Of a DNA stretch of 64,000 bases, positions 1 through 13,592 are shown one piece after another. A program made the translations under genes and the position numbers. How positions within the stretch are numbered: position 1 is the first letter of the stretch; each line of letters opens with the position of its first letter. Source of the stretch: Octopus vulgaris (taxonomy: Eukaryota); assembly GCA_951406725.2 (NCBI GenBank), contig OX597821.1, positions 434,001 through 498,000 on the forward strand, read 5' to 3'. Below the pieces are notes generated by a model. It had not been told where the DNA came from, did no database searches, and saw only the letters and a list, made by a program, of their open reading frames with translations.

Positions 1-223
1 AAGGTGTTTGTTGTGTTTAAGTAGATGAAAGTGTTGATGTTAACAAACATTAGACAACAACCATCATCACCACCACCACCATTACCATTACCATCACTTG
101 GACAATAAGTCCTCTCAAGATGATGATGATCATCATTATTCTCATCTCCCTTCCCCTCTTCCTCATCTGCATCTTTACAGACGATTCCATTGTTGCAATT
201 TGAATATCTGTGCATAAGTCAGT

Positions 224-254
<31 letters not shown>

Positions 255-641
255 TATGCACGCAGATGTATGCTCTGGTCGGCTGAAAAGCAACCAACCA
301 GACACAATACAGGAGAGGAAATTCTGGAGACAAGTGGCTGATGGTGTTTGTCTAGGGATGATGTGGTAGTTACGTATGTATATACACACGTACATACATA
401 TTAATTTTAGGTATTTCTCCTTGCAGATAAACTTTATAAACAAAGTACAGAGAACTCAATACCTTTGATAGGGTAAATTGTATTACAGCCCTTCAAGCCA
501 TTCTCTCTATTTTCTCTCTTCACACACTGCTGCACACATATGTATGTGTTGTATTGATATACTTAGACATTTGAATATATATACTGGGATGTATTGATAC
601 TTGTGGTGCATTATCAATTTGTATGAGTGAATGTATGTGTT

Positions 642-692
<51 letters not shown>

Positions 693-956
693 GCATGCAA
701 ATATGTAGATATGTACTTATATATGAATAAATACTTGTGTGTGTTTTATTTATCTGTGTGTATAGGTATGTCACGTGTATGTGTTTACATTGGCAGCAAT
801 GATTACATGAGTATATATATTCAAATCTTTGTGTATAGAAAGCACACGTACACACACACATTTGTACATACACAGACTAATATGAGTCTGTGAGATAGTG
901 TATGCTCCCTACCTAATTATAACACTCTCTTTGTGTGTGTGTGTATGTATGTATAA

Positions 957-1004
<48 letters not shown>

Positions 1005-1113
1005 CATACAAAATGGGACAAGAACGTACATACACACACATATATCTATATATATGTGTGTCCGTGTATATATGTATATCTGTGGGCAATAAAGAAATAT
1101 ATGTGTGTGTGTA

Positions 1114-1155
<42 letters not shown>

Positions 1156-1619
1156 CAAATATGTTATTCTTATTATAATTTATTCTCTAGCAATATATTA
1201 TTCTATCCATTACATGGTTTCACTATTTATCAATCCACCCTTAGGTATGTGTCTAGTTATCTGTCTATAGCCTTCTGTCAGTTAATCTAGTTATATTTGT
1301 CACTATAACATTCAATGTGTCTATGCATCGATTTGCATATATTTTTTTCTTATCTAACCAGTAATCTACCTATCTAGACACTGTTCTATCTATATTATAA
1401 AACAAGCCCAACAGAATTCCCTGGCAGACATTTGAACTCACAATGTACAAGTTGGTACCCACTTGTCTGTCCTACCTCTACTCATTGCTGTAAAGTTAAA
1501 CACATAATTCAGGTATGATGTATGTAGCAGAACTGTAAATGTATGTTGAAGGGGTATGCAAATGAGAGAGAAAAAATAATGAGTATCTCTCTGTGTGCAT
1601 TGGGGTTTTCTATTGTAGG

Positions 1620-1970
1620 AATTTGGTAAATATAGAAATATAGATCCAATAGCAAAAACCAACATATGTAAGTATGGAAATAAGAGCATCTTATAAGGAT
1701 CCAATTGATTTCTCAGATGGATTCAATAAATTAATAAATAGAAATTCAATAAATGAGTTAACTTGGATACAAAACTATATTGCATAGATTGGATTGAACA
1801 CATGTTGAATGGCTTTAGCATATGTACTACATGGATCTCATAAATGTATGAGCAGGCATCCAATAAATGTAGAAACAGGGATCCACTAAAATAGATGAAT
1901 AGGCATCTGGTGAATGTATGAGCAAGAATCTAATGTTTATATAGGGATCTGATAAATGTATGAATAGGTT
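1620..1970. repeat. Degenerate ~23-bp minisatellite (GGATCYAATAAATGTATGARYAG-like)
   Basis: Recurring ggatcc/ggatct/gcatcc followed by aataaat/ataaatgtatga at short, fairly regular spacing. Confidence 0.45.
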
Positions 1971-2344
1971 TCTTTTAAAAGCAGTAGCATCAGTCTGATA
2001 CTTGTATGAATAGTAATCCCAGCATCCACTTATTCTTCTGGCCTTATCCTCTGATAAGTGGTCAATGAACTGAGAAACATGTAAGGGCAATCTCCTTCAT
2101 TTTTTTATGTGTGTAGAAGAAACAAGCTGTTTATTTATATCTGTTTCAAGCTCTATAGAGAAAGACATAAAAACTGTAGTTTAACTATTATTTTAAATTT
2201 ATCTATTACAAATTGAATTTACATGCTGTTGCAGGTATTGCTGTGAATATCTCTTGGCCCACTTCACCAAACATATGCAACTGCTGCCATCATTTTTCAT
2301 GATCAACAAACACCAATATAATCATCACACTTTCATTGCCCTGT

Positions 2345-3048
2345 ATATGCTGACGCTTGCGATGGTATGGTCATGTACTGCGGATGGATGAAGAGAGATG
2401 TGTGAAGAAGTGCCACTCCCAAACAGTTGAAGGTATCAGGGAGAGAGGTAGACCCAGGAAGACATGGGATGAGGTAGTCAAGCATGACCTCAGAGCGTTG
2501 GGCCTCACAGAGGAAATGGCGAAGGACCGAGATCTCTGGAGATATGCTGTGACTGCAAAGACCCGGGCTGCTTCCTGCACCAGTTCTGCATAGCCCCTGC
2601 CCATTCAAAGTACCTTGGATTCCAGAACATCCTGCTGTGCTTGAGGAGACCCATTGAGTCAAGTACATGAACATCGAAATAAATATCAAATGGAAATAGT
2701 AGTTGTGATACCTGTGCTGGTGGCACATAAAAAGCACCATCCGAACGTGGCCGTTGCCAGCGCCGCCTCGACTGACTTCTGTGCCGGTGGCACATAAAAA
2801 GCACCATCTGAATGTGGTCGATGCCAGCGCCGCCTTGGCTGGCTTCCGTGCCGGTGGCACGTTAAAAGCACCAACCGATCGTGGCCGATGCCATACTCCC
2901 CTGGCACCTGTGCAGGTGGCACGTAAAAAGCACCCACTACACTCACAGAGTGGTTGGCGTTAGGAAGGGCATCCAGCTGTAGAAACACTGCCAGATCAGA
3001 CTGGAGCCTGGTACGGACGTTAAACAATGATGATGATGATGATGATGA
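2345..3048 (+). mobile_element. 5'-truncated RTE-clade LINE 3' end: ORF C-terminus, 3' UTR with internal 62-67 bp tandem units, (GAT)n tail
   Basis: ORF 2357-2593 reads RWYGHVLRM..RGRPRKTW..DRDLWR, typical of the RTE C-terminus. It is followed by four repeat units, AGGAAGGGCATCCAGCTGTAGAAAC and GACGTTAAAC(GAT)n. Confidence 0.85.
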
Positions 3049-3444
3049 TTCCACAAAAGCACTTAACCAGCTACCATCATCCCACATCAAATCTACTATC
3101 AACCAATCCACCACTGCCATCTCCCTCACAAAATCACCCTACACTCAACCAAACTCACACCACCAGTACACGCATGAATCTTACAATCAACTGAACAGCA
3201 AGTACTATAACTGATGCGGCAGGGATCATATGGCAGACACACTGTTGGGTTACACCAATTATAACAGCACAGGAAATGGCGTTGTGTATGTATAGGTGAT
3301 TTGATATGGTGTGGGCTGGTGCTTTTATATCAGTTTTATTAGCATCATAGAGTTTTATACATGGTGTATACTTTCATTTTCAATTTTTTCCTTATTCACT
3401 AATTTGAGTTTGATATAAACTTCAACATTTAATGTCTCCTCATC

Positions 3445-4262
3445 TTTGCCTTTCATTGTCTCAGAGTCAATAAAATAAGCATCAGTGAAGCTCTGGGGCG
3501 AATGGAAATAATGAGCCTCTCCCCACGAATTTCAGGCCTTGAGTCTATAATAGAAATTATTATAATTAAGGTGGCAAGCTGGCAGAATGCTGGACGAAAT
3601 GCTTAGCGGGATTTCGCCTGATGCTGTGTTCTGAGTTCAAATTCCACCAAAGTTGAATTTACCTTTCATCCTTTCAGGGTTGATAAATTAAGTACCAGTT
3701 GCTTACTGGGGTCGATCTAATTGACTGGCCCCCTCCCCCCAAATTCTAGGCCTTGTGCCTATAGTAGAAAGGATTATTATTATTATTATTGTTGTTGGCA
3801 TGCTGGATGAAATACTTAGCGGTATTTCATCTGTTGCTACATTCTGAGTTCAAATTCTGCTGAGGTCGACTTTGCCTTTCATCCTTTCAGGGGTCGATTA
3901 AATAAGTACCAGTTGAACAGTGGGGTTGATGTAATCAACTCATACCCTCCTACCAAAATGTTGCCCTTGTGGCAAAATTTAAAACCATTATTATTATTAT
4001 TATTATTGTTATTATTATTAATAATAATAATAATAACAAGGTGGCAAACAGACAGAAGCATTAGCAGAGCGGGAAAAATGCTTGGTAGCATTTTCTGTCT
4101 TTATATTTGGTGTTCAAGTTCTTCTGAAGTCAGCTTTGCTTTTCATCCTTTTGGGGTTGATAAATTAAGTGCTAATCAAGCAGTGGGATCAATATAATCA
4201 CTTAGTCGCCCCACCCAAATTTCAGGCCTTGTGCATATAGTAGAAAGGGTTATTATGATCAT
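3445..4262 (+). mobile_element. Head-to-tail array of four tRNA-derived SINEs (family B; central GCCTTTCATCCTTTCGGGGTCGATAAAATAAGTACCAG domain, Meta-like)
   Basis: Repeated AGCTGGCAGAAT..TTCTGAGTTCAAATTC (A/B-box-like) plus conserved core plus GGCCTTGTGCC..(ATT)n tail. Confidence 0.85.
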
Positions 4263-4550
4263 CATTATATTTTTGAATTCTGCAGGATATCACAAATTAT
4301 CATATAATTTTTGTATGGCACTTTTAATCCGTGACCTATATTCTCTCCACCAATCGCTCCTTCTCCCCTCATTCCCCATTCAGACACTACAACACTTCTT
4401 AGGTTTGAAACAGCAACCATAAGAACAACAATTATAGGGCTACTAGAGACAAATGAATTGAAAAATATTGCCAGGGGATAGGGAAGAGAAGAAAAAAAAA
4501 TGCTAAAAATTATTAAAATAATAATAATAATGATAATGATGATGATGATG

Positions 4551-4604
<54 letters not shown>

Positions 4605-5595
4605 TTTCTGAGATTAATTTAGGCCATAATTGTGATTCCTGTGAATTTTAACTATAAGAACAAAAGAAAAAAAAAGTTATTATCTAGTTTTTTCTTCATT
4701 ATTTCTATTCAATTTTATTTGAAATCTTTCTTAGTATTATATATATATATATTTGTTTTTATTATATATATATATATATTTGTTTTTATTATATATATAT
4801 ATATATTTGTTTTTATTACATTTTAATAAAATTTATATTTTATCATATATTTATTTACTCATTTCTCCCTCTTTCTTAAAGCTTTGTAGAAAAGATCTAT
4901 TCCGTTGCTAAGCTTGTCGCCGCCGCCACCGCCATTAGCCCTGCTCCTCCTCCTCCTCCCACCGCCTACGCTCTTCCCACCTTCTGCCTGTTGTTTCTTT
5001 GTCTTTTCTTAAAGTTTTTACCTTATCTCAGCTGTAGGAGTCAGTAGATGATTGTGGCGAGGGGTGTGGGTGGGGGGGCAGGGTGAGGAGGTAGATGGGA
5101 GAGGAGGGGGTGATAAGGGTGGGGGACGAGGAGTTAATTTGTTTATATCATTCTCATCATCATCATCTTTAATATTGTCCTCGTTAATCCTTTAACGATG
5201 TCTTCCTTCTCATAATAGAACTGCACCAGATATTCATGTCTCCCTTCCTCTCACTTGAAAATACATTTTACACACAAACATTTATATTACACATACATAT
5301 CTATATATATATCTATATCTATCTATATATATATATATATATATATATCCATCTATATATTCACACATCTATGCACTCATATATGCTATATATTTTTACA
5401 CATATATGTGTATGTGTGTGTCTCCATTTTGTTTCTCTCTCTCCAGTTTTTTTTTCCTCTCATCCATATCTGCCAAAGAGCATAGGCTTGAAATGTTAAA
5501 GACTTTTCCATTCTTTCCGAGCATCAAACTAATACACCTGTTTGTTGTTCCATCACCTGTCTGTCTTTTGTTTTCTGTACAGGTGAACCACACAT

Positions 5596-5636
<41 letters not shown>

Positions 5637-6062
5637 AGTTTACACATATATTTAAGGCAGCCAATTGGCTGAGACTTTAGAGCATTGAACAGATTGCTTT
5701 GCAGTAATCATTCTAGCTCTCCACTTTCTGAGTTCAAATCATACTGAAGTCTTTCATCCTTCTGAGGATGATAAATAAAGTTCTGGTTTCATGCTGGGCT
5801 TGATTCTTCTCTTTCTGTTATTCTTTCTGTCTATCTCTTTCTGTTCCTCTGGAACAAATTGACTGTGATCAGACATGAAAAGACATGGGTTCTGGCAGAT
5901 CTACAATATCTAAGACATGGTGTATGTCACAGTAGTTCCCCTATGACTCCACCACAGAAAGGGACTATGGCACACACATATATTACTAACTCTGGCAAAC
6001 CGTCCAACCCATACCAGCAAGGAAAACAGACATTAAATTATGATGATAATGATGATATATTT

Positions 6063-6757
6063 AGGCACAGGAGTGGCTGTGAGGTAGGTAGCTTGTTTAC
6101 CAACAACATGGTTCTTGGTTCAGTCTCACTGTGTGACACCTTGGGCAAGTGTCTTCTACTATAGCCGCGGGCTCCAAAGCCTTGTGAATGGATTTGGTAG
6201 ATGGAAACTGAAAGAAGCCAGTTGTGTGTGTGTGTTTGTCCCCACCACCATCGCTTGACAACCAATGTTGGTATGTTTATGTCCCCTTCAGTTCAATGTT
6301 AAATTGTTTTTCTCTATAATTTGACATAATGACAATACATGCACACACACATATATAGTCGTGGCTATGTGGTAAGAAGTTTGCTTCCCAACCACATGGT
6401 TCCAGGTTCAGTCCCACTGTGTGGCACCTTGGAAAGTGTCATTTATTATAGCCTTGGGCTGACCAAAGCCTTGTGAGTGCATTTGGTTGATGGAGACTGA
6501 AGGAAGCCTGTCATATCTATCTATCTATCTATCTATGTGTGCGTGTGTGTGTGTGTGTGTGTTTGTGCTTGTCTCTCCATCCCCACTTGACAATCGGAGT
6601 TGGTATGTTTACGTCCCCATAACTTAGCAGTTCGGCAAAAGATACCAATAGAATAAGTACTAGGCTTAAAAGTCCTGGGGTTGATTTACTCGACTAAAAC
6701 CCTTCAAGGTAGTACTCCAGAATGGCCGCAATCAAATGACTGAAACAATTAAAAAAT
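6063..6757 (+). mobile_element. Two tandem CORE-like tRNA-SINEs (family A); first truncated, second full length
   Basis: Head GTGGCTRTGTGGTAAG..GGTTCAGTCCCAC, CORE-like CCTTGGGCAAGTGTCTT, internal microsatellite, tail CCAGMATGGCCGCA.TCAAATGACTGAAAC. Confidence 0.85.
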
Positions 6758-7284
6758 ATATATAATTAGGTCTGTCTGTCTGTCTATGTATCAACTTATG
6801 TATCTCCGCATCCAGTCACCAATCTATTTAGCCATCAATCCGTCTGTCAGTCTGCCTGTCTGTCTCTGCATCCATCTGCCGTATCTAATAGTTCATGTCC
6901 CTCCTGTCTCTCAGTGTCTCTCCATTGTCTGAACACAATACAACTACACCCTGCCCCATCCTTACCTTGCATCCACCATGTTTATCAGTTTCAGCTGTTT
7001 CACTCTGACCCTTCCTTCCCCAACCCATACCACACACAAGCTTAATTATTGTCATTTGCTTTTGTTGTTGTTTCATTGGACACTGACCAACAGCAGCTGT
7101 CTTTACTTTGCATGCATAGATGGGTGGCCTGTCCTCTTTTCCACCTGCTAGAAACAGTAGCCAAATGTCCCTCATCATACTCTACTGTCTTACAATAAAA
7201 GGACCTTATTCTTAATGTCTTAGTCAGGAAGAAGAGGGACTTGCTAAGCCAATGGCCCTTGCAAGTTCCCTATATCATCATTTA

Positions 7285-7715
7285 TATTTCACATTTCAGT
7301 CACTGGACTGTGGCCATGCTTGGGCACTACCTTCAAGAAGTTAGTGGAACAAATCAGTTGCAGTACTTGTTTTAGTTGTTTTCTTTTGGCGGAGGGGATG
7401 TTGTTCAGTGTCACTGCACAACACCTTGGGCAAGTGTCTTCTCCTTTATCTCCAGGCTGACCATTGCCTTGTGAGTGAATTTGATGCAGAAACTGTGTGG
7501 AAACTTGTTTGTGTGTGTATGTGTCCTCAACACACCATTCGATGACTGGTGTTGGCTTGTTTACACCTCCATGACTTAGCAGTTCAGCAAAAGAGACCGA
7601 TAGAATAAGTACCAGGTTTTAAAAAATAAGTACTGGAGTCAATTTGTTCAACTCTTCAAGATGGCGCTGCAGCATGGCCATGGTGCAGTGACTGAAAGAA
7701 GTGAAAGAATAGAAG
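7285..7715. mobile_element. Family A SINE fragments (tail on -, partial body on +)
   Basis: Same diagnostic segments as 6356-6757. Confidence 0.7.
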
Positions 7716-7754
7716 ATTTACTGGATGATCAAATTGTCCCATTAATATTCGTTA

Positions 7755-8325
7755 GGGTGGCGAGCTGGCAGAATCATTAGCATGCCAGGCGAAATACTTA
7801 GCGGTATTTCGCTTGCTGTTATGTTCTGAGTTCAAATTCCACCAAGGTTGACGTTGCCTTTCTTCCTTTCGGGATCGATAAATTAAGTATCAGTTGCATA
7901 CTGGGGTTGATCTAATTGACTGGGCCCCTACCTAAAAAATGTTGGGACTTGTGCCTAGAGCAGAAAAGAATATTCTTCAGAATGTTGAGTTAAAATGAAG
8001 CAAAGATGAAATGTGAATGAATTCAGTTTAAATGGAAACCAAAGCAGTGTCAAAGTAACACAAAACAAACTACTAATAGTGATACACATCAATATGGAGT
8101 TAGCGTCATGGTAGCAAGCTGACAGAATCATTAAGATGCCAGGCAAAATGCTAAGTGGCATTTTGTCTGTGTTTACATTCTGAGTTCAAATTCCGCTGAG
8201 GTTGACTTTTCCTTTCATCCTTTCGGGGTCAATAAAATAAGCACCAGTGGAGTACCAGGGTCAATGTAATTAATTTAAACCCACCTCAAAATTGCTGGCC
8301 TTGTGCCAAAATTTAAAACCAATAT
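7755..8325 (+). mobile_element. Two family B SINEs (about 7755-7975 and 8108-8325)
   Basis: GGTGGCGAGCTGGCAGAATC head, GAGTTCAAATTCC B-box, conserved core. Confidence 0.85.
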
Positions 8326-8514
8326 GGAGTTAGCATTGATGGATTTACATCTGTTAATTATATTGATAGAGAATGAAGAACAGGAAACATTTTATGACTG
8401 GAATATCAGAAACAATAAGGTGTAAACACACAAGCTAATACATATATGCATTTATATAAAATAGAGCATGAAATATATATATATCATCATCACGATATAT
8501 GTATATATATCTCA

Positions 8515-8805
8515 TCATCATTTAATGTTTGTTGTCCATGTTGGCAGTTTGGCTGGGCTGGCACACTGGAAGATTGCACCAGACTCCAGTCTGATTTGGC
8601 ATGGTTTTCTACAACTGGATGCCCTTCCTAACACCAACCACTCTGAGAATGTAATGAGTGCTTTTACGTACCACTGGCATAGGTGCCAATTTGCACGACA
8701 CCGGTATCTGCCACAACTGTTATTTTGCACGACATAAAGCCAAAGGTCTTGATCATTGCCTCTGTGAGGCCCAACACTCGAAAGGAACTCAGCCACTTTG
8801 CCTCT
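8515..8805 (-). mobile_element. RTE-related 3' end fragment
   Basis: Reverse complement of the AGGAAGGGCATCCAG segment and (GAT)n tail seen at 2940-3048. Confidence 0.75.
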
Positions 8806-8828
8806 TACATATATATTTAAATTTAATT

Positions 8829-8875
8829 TGCCAAAATATTTTCGTTGCTTTGAGACCACAACTTGATCACTGACA
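8829..8875 (-). ncRNA. Minimal type-I hammerhead-like motif with G3-C8 core swap, in a foldback Penelope-like relic (about 8812-9060)
   Basis: Minus strand reads UGUCA-GUGAUCA-A-GUUG..CAAC-GAAA-AUAU-UU-UGGCA: stems I and II pair, helix III is the palindrome AAUAUU. Confidence 0.6.
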
Positions 8876-9056
8876 AAATTCTGTGCTGTAAAGCGACGAA
8901 AATATTTTGGCAAACTAAATTTGAATGCTGAAGTGAATCTAACAGTTTTTGTGTGTTTCTTAAATGGCTTATAAACACCTTCCACGCTGCAATTGTTTTC
9001 ATTCCAGCACATGATCTCAGATCAGGTCACTTGCTATGCAAGTGCATCTCCGTAAT

Positions 9057-9097
<41 letters not shown>

Positions 9098-9109
9098 AAA
9101 GATAGGATA

Positions 9110-9295
9110 AAGATCCCTCCTGAGGTCATATAGGCTCATAGAACCAGTTTCCTGGATGGACTGGTGCTCTGCCAAAGGATTACTCATTTTTCTCAGCTGA
9201 GTGGACAGGAGCAATGTGAAATGAAGTGTTTTCGCTCAAGAACACTGCCCAGTCCAGGAACCGAAGCCACAATCTTACAATCACCCTAAGCACTA
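9110..9295 (-). mobile_element. tRNA-SINE family C fragment
   Basis: Shares GTGTTTTCGCTCAA..CCCAGTCYAGGAAYCGAA with 12461-12750. Confidence 0.6.
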
Positions 9296-9659
9296 TATAT
9301 ATATATATATATTCTCTGTGTTTACTTGTCCTGTTTTCCATTTTTTTCCTTGTTGTTTACCTATTTAACTTGTTTGTTTACATATTTCATGTTGTTTGCA
9401 CCGTTATATGCATGTGTATATATATATACACACACTATACACACTATATATTACTATTATATATACACACACAGACACATACATATATATATATATATAT
9501 ATACACACGTGACTTGATGCTAGTCTAATGAAGTGCCTAGCTAATATAATCATCCATAAATATTATGTAACTTTTCATTTGGATTCCTTTAAAGCAATAG
9601 TATTAGAAACAGAGTAACTAACAATAAAGCTATGCTAAATTCATTCTTTGTCGTTTTGT

Positions 9660-9890
9660 GTGTTTTTTAATAATCCTTTCCCCTAGAAGCACAAGGCCTT
9701 AAATTTGGTGGAAGGTATTAAGTTGATTACATTGACCCCAGTGATTAATCAACTCCGAAAGGATGAAAGGCAAAGTCGAACTCGATGGAATTTGAACTGA
9801 GAAAGTAAAGACGGACAAAATACCGCATAGCATTTTGCTCGGCGTGCTAACGATTCTACCAGCTTGCCGCCTTTGTGTGTTTCTTAATAA
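9660..9890 (-). mobile_element. Family B SINE
   Basis: Reverse complement of family B head and core (GGATGAAAGGCAAAGTCGA..GAATTTGAACT..CCAGCTTGCCGCCTT). Confidence 0.8.
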
Positions 9891-10109
9891 TAATAATAAT
9901 ATCGTTACTTTCTAAATTGATTGAATGTTCTACTATTTGTTGAACTTCACACACACACACAGCGAGGAGGGAATTCACATTTAAATTGTCATAGGAAACT
10001 AAATATGCATCTGTATGTGTGCATCTAAGGTCAAATGCATGCTTCGATTTAAATGTTATATTTAATTCATATGGCAACAACATTTTAAAATAAAAGTAGT
10101 CTTCTCCAG

Positions 10110-10143
<34 letters not shown>

Positions 10144-11091
10144 GCATGTACACACATAGAAGTATAGCGGCATACACACACACACACACTTTCACTTTCT
10201 CTTTCTCTCTCTCTCACATACACACAATCTGGGTGATTAGAAATACCTGAAACTAATGAAAGTGTAGAAGTAAGAAGTAAGGGTAGGAGGAGTATGCAGA
10301 TTCAGGAGAGGAAGGCAGAGCTAGATAGATTGAGAGAGATGGTAGGAGAAAGTAAAATAAAGAGGGAGAGTGTGAGTGAGAAATGTCAAAAAAATATGAC
10401 TGATGTAGTTTCAAGGGAGATAATCATGTGTGTGTGTGTGCGCGCATGTAAGACAAAGGAAAATGATCATCGTGGTGGTGTTGTTTAGCCCTAGGTCATT
10501 CCATATGGAGCAGACAAGATAGATCGATGATCAAAGATCATTCCAGCCATGACCATACCACTGTTGTTTTTTTTCTTTCTGGAATTATATATCTTGGACA
10601 GAATTATTTAATGTTCCGTTGTTGGATGTAGTTTTGAGGAAGATTTCACTGCTATTTTCCAGTTTGTAGGGAGACTACATAGAGGTTCCTTGGCTGGCTC
10701 CTGATCATGATGGTAGGTGAAGATGATAGGTGAAGAGGTTGGGGGGGGAAGAGAGAAAGAGAGAGAGAAACATGTGGGTTGCATCACGTGTGCAAAGAAT
10801 TAGATGATGATGATGATGATGATGATGAAATCAATGATAATGAAAATATTCTGCTTGTGTTGTCAGTGATGCTATAAGTAAGTAGATTTGCTGTGTGCTG
10901 GTGAGGACGTTCATTGATGACTAATGACTGACATTGGCAAAGGGAGGGGGGGGGAGAGCAAGCAGTGTGTGTGTAGGTAGCTGATGATGGCGATGATGAT
11001 GATGATGACAAGGGTGAGAGAAAAGAGAGTAGTGTCTGTGTGTGTATGTGACAGTCATGGTAACGATGATGACTGATGACTAATGACTGAT

Positions 11092-11127
<36 letters not shown>

Positions 11128-11421
11128 GGGAGGAAAACGAAAGGGAGCAGTGTGCGAGCGTACGTTTGTGTGTGTGTATGAAGATGATGATGGTAGTGAT
11201 GAAGAGAGAGAAGAAGAAAAAGAGAGTGGTGGTGGTGGTGGTGGTGATAGTGGTTAGAGAGAACTAATGTTATGGAATAGGAGGGGGTGAAATGGAGCAC
11301 AGGGTGCATTGAGATGAGGCAAGAATAAGGATTAAAGAAAGGGAAAGCGATGCAAGAGAGTAAAACGGTAAAGAGAGACCGAGAGGAGGATGAAGAAGAG
11401 AATGTGAGAGAGGAGTTGTTT

Positions 11422-11459
<38 letters not shown>

Positions 11460-11962
11460 GAGCATTGTTAAAATGATGGATAATGTAGATGGGTAGCAGG
11501 CAGGGGTGTATGAGATGTGGGGGTGGATTAGGGAGACAGGTTTGTATATGGGGGTAGGTATGAGAAGAGTGAAGTGTGTGAGGGGGAGAGGTGAAGCTGG
11601 AGATAAGCTAAGCAGCTGGCTAGATTAGATGGCTTAGGAAAAGAAAGTCATTAACTATAATCATATAGAAACATACATGCCCACACATTTGTGTATATAT
11701 GTGTATATATTATATATATATGCACACACACACACACACACACAGGGAGAGAGAGAGAGAATACACACATATATACGAGCAAACTTACATGTGTATTGCT
11801 TTATTATATGGCTGTAAAGTTACATCAGTGTGACTCAAGGGACTAGAGTTTCGTGCATAGCGCTAATCAAGTTAGTCACTTACGAAGATTTACAGCTGAA
11901 CAATAAAGGAATAACGTATGTGTTACTTTTCATGCTGAATTCCAGTTCTCCTGTTTGTAGCA

Positions 11963-12010
<48 letters not shown>

Positions 12011-12316
12011 ACAAACACACACACACACACACATGCCCACAACACGCAGAAATACACGTCTATCTTTCTGTCCCTATCTACATCTATCTATACATATGTA
12101 CACACAGCAATCACAGCAAATGATAGAGGACTGTGTATGCCCACAAACACACATGTACACACACACACATTGTATTATATTATACATACACATTCAGAAT
12201 GTATAAGAATTACATATGATTGTCATAGCACATGATGGAGATTAGTTCTGTGTTTGATAATATTCATATGCATTTATATCCAAGTTCAGATTGTGTGTGT
12301 ATGTCTATATATATAT

Positions 12317-12359
<43 letters not shown>

Positions 12360-12360
12360 A

Positions 12361-12448
<88 letters not shown>

Positions 12449-12460
12449 GCAATAAACATT

Positions 12461-12750
12461 GCCCTTTTCAAGCCTAGCCAGGCTCATGGTCCTGGTTTCC
12501 CCGGTTTCTGTGGTGTATGTGTTCCTCCCAGCTGGACAGGATGCCAGTCCATCGCAGTGTTACTTAAGAAACAGGAAGAGAGAGTGAGAAAAAGTTGTGG
12601 TGAAAGAGTACAACAGGGGCTGCCACCACCCCCTGCTGGAGCCTCATGGAGCTTTTTAGGTGTTTTCGCTCAATAAACACACACAACGCCCAGTCTAGGA
12701 ATCGAAACCACAATCCTCCGACCGCGGCTCTGCTGCCCTAACCACTGTGC
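12461..12750 (-). mobile_element. tRNA-SINE family C, near full length
   Basis: Minus-strand head GCACAGTGGTTAGGGCAG..GGTTTCGATTCC (A/B boxes); homologous copy at 40676-40945. Confidence 0.8.
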
Positions 12751-12760
12751 ATCCACACAT

Positions 12761-12797
<37 letters not shown>

Positions 12798-13253
12798 AAT
12801 ATTTATATATTTATATATATATGAATAAAAAGCATTGTCTCAAAATGAATTTCAAGATACTACGTATTAATATACATAGCAGTTCATGGACTGTACAAAT
12901 TACACAACACTGGTGAATGGAGGCATTACAAAATGTGGAAATTCCCTGAGGGTGCTACAGAAATGACTCAGGCATATCATACAAATATACACACGTTTAT
13001 ACACAAATATTACAGCGGCATCCACACACATACATACATACATATATTCCCTCATTTATAATAACAATAAATATATATCTTCACAAATAACAACTAAGTA
13101 ACTGACAAATTCATATAGCCATTATACACACCTATCTATCTATCTATCTATCTATCTATCTGCATAGACTGGAGTGCAATACACATGTACAACATAAACA
13201 TCATATAGAAATGAGTATACATTTGTTCATATTCACACACACACACACACACA

Positions 13254-13300
<47 letters not shown>

Positions 13301-13592
13301 ACAGTTTTAGGCCACTGGTGGTGATTTATGGTGGCAAAAATTACACAAATTTAAAAGTTTGAGAAAAAGGAGTATCTGACGTTTTTAAACTCATTGTTCA
13401 GTTGACAACTCAGATTTATAGCATTATTTAATTTAAAGACACACACACACATAACTAAACTGGTATGTAATACTGCAAAATTAATGTGAGACAGAAACAC
13501 ACATATATACATACAAACACATTAATATTTACATGTATATGCACACACTGTCACAGAGCAAAAAATGAGTTTGGTACATATATATATATAAA

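Noticed and set aside
2714-2934. CRISPR-like repeat/spacer appearance (also 24425-24686 and 52665-52860)
   Set aside because: Linkers are homologous to each other, the arrays lie inside a retroelement 3' end, there are no cas genes and the context is eukaryotic
6356-6430. tRNA-like sequences at SINE heads throughout the window
   Set aside because: A/B boxes are present but there is no full cloverleaf, and each continues into a SINE body
13375-13415. Further hammerhead-like trace (CUGAACA..AAAACGUC on minus)
   Set aside because: 3-8 pair broken, GAAA lost and no stem II
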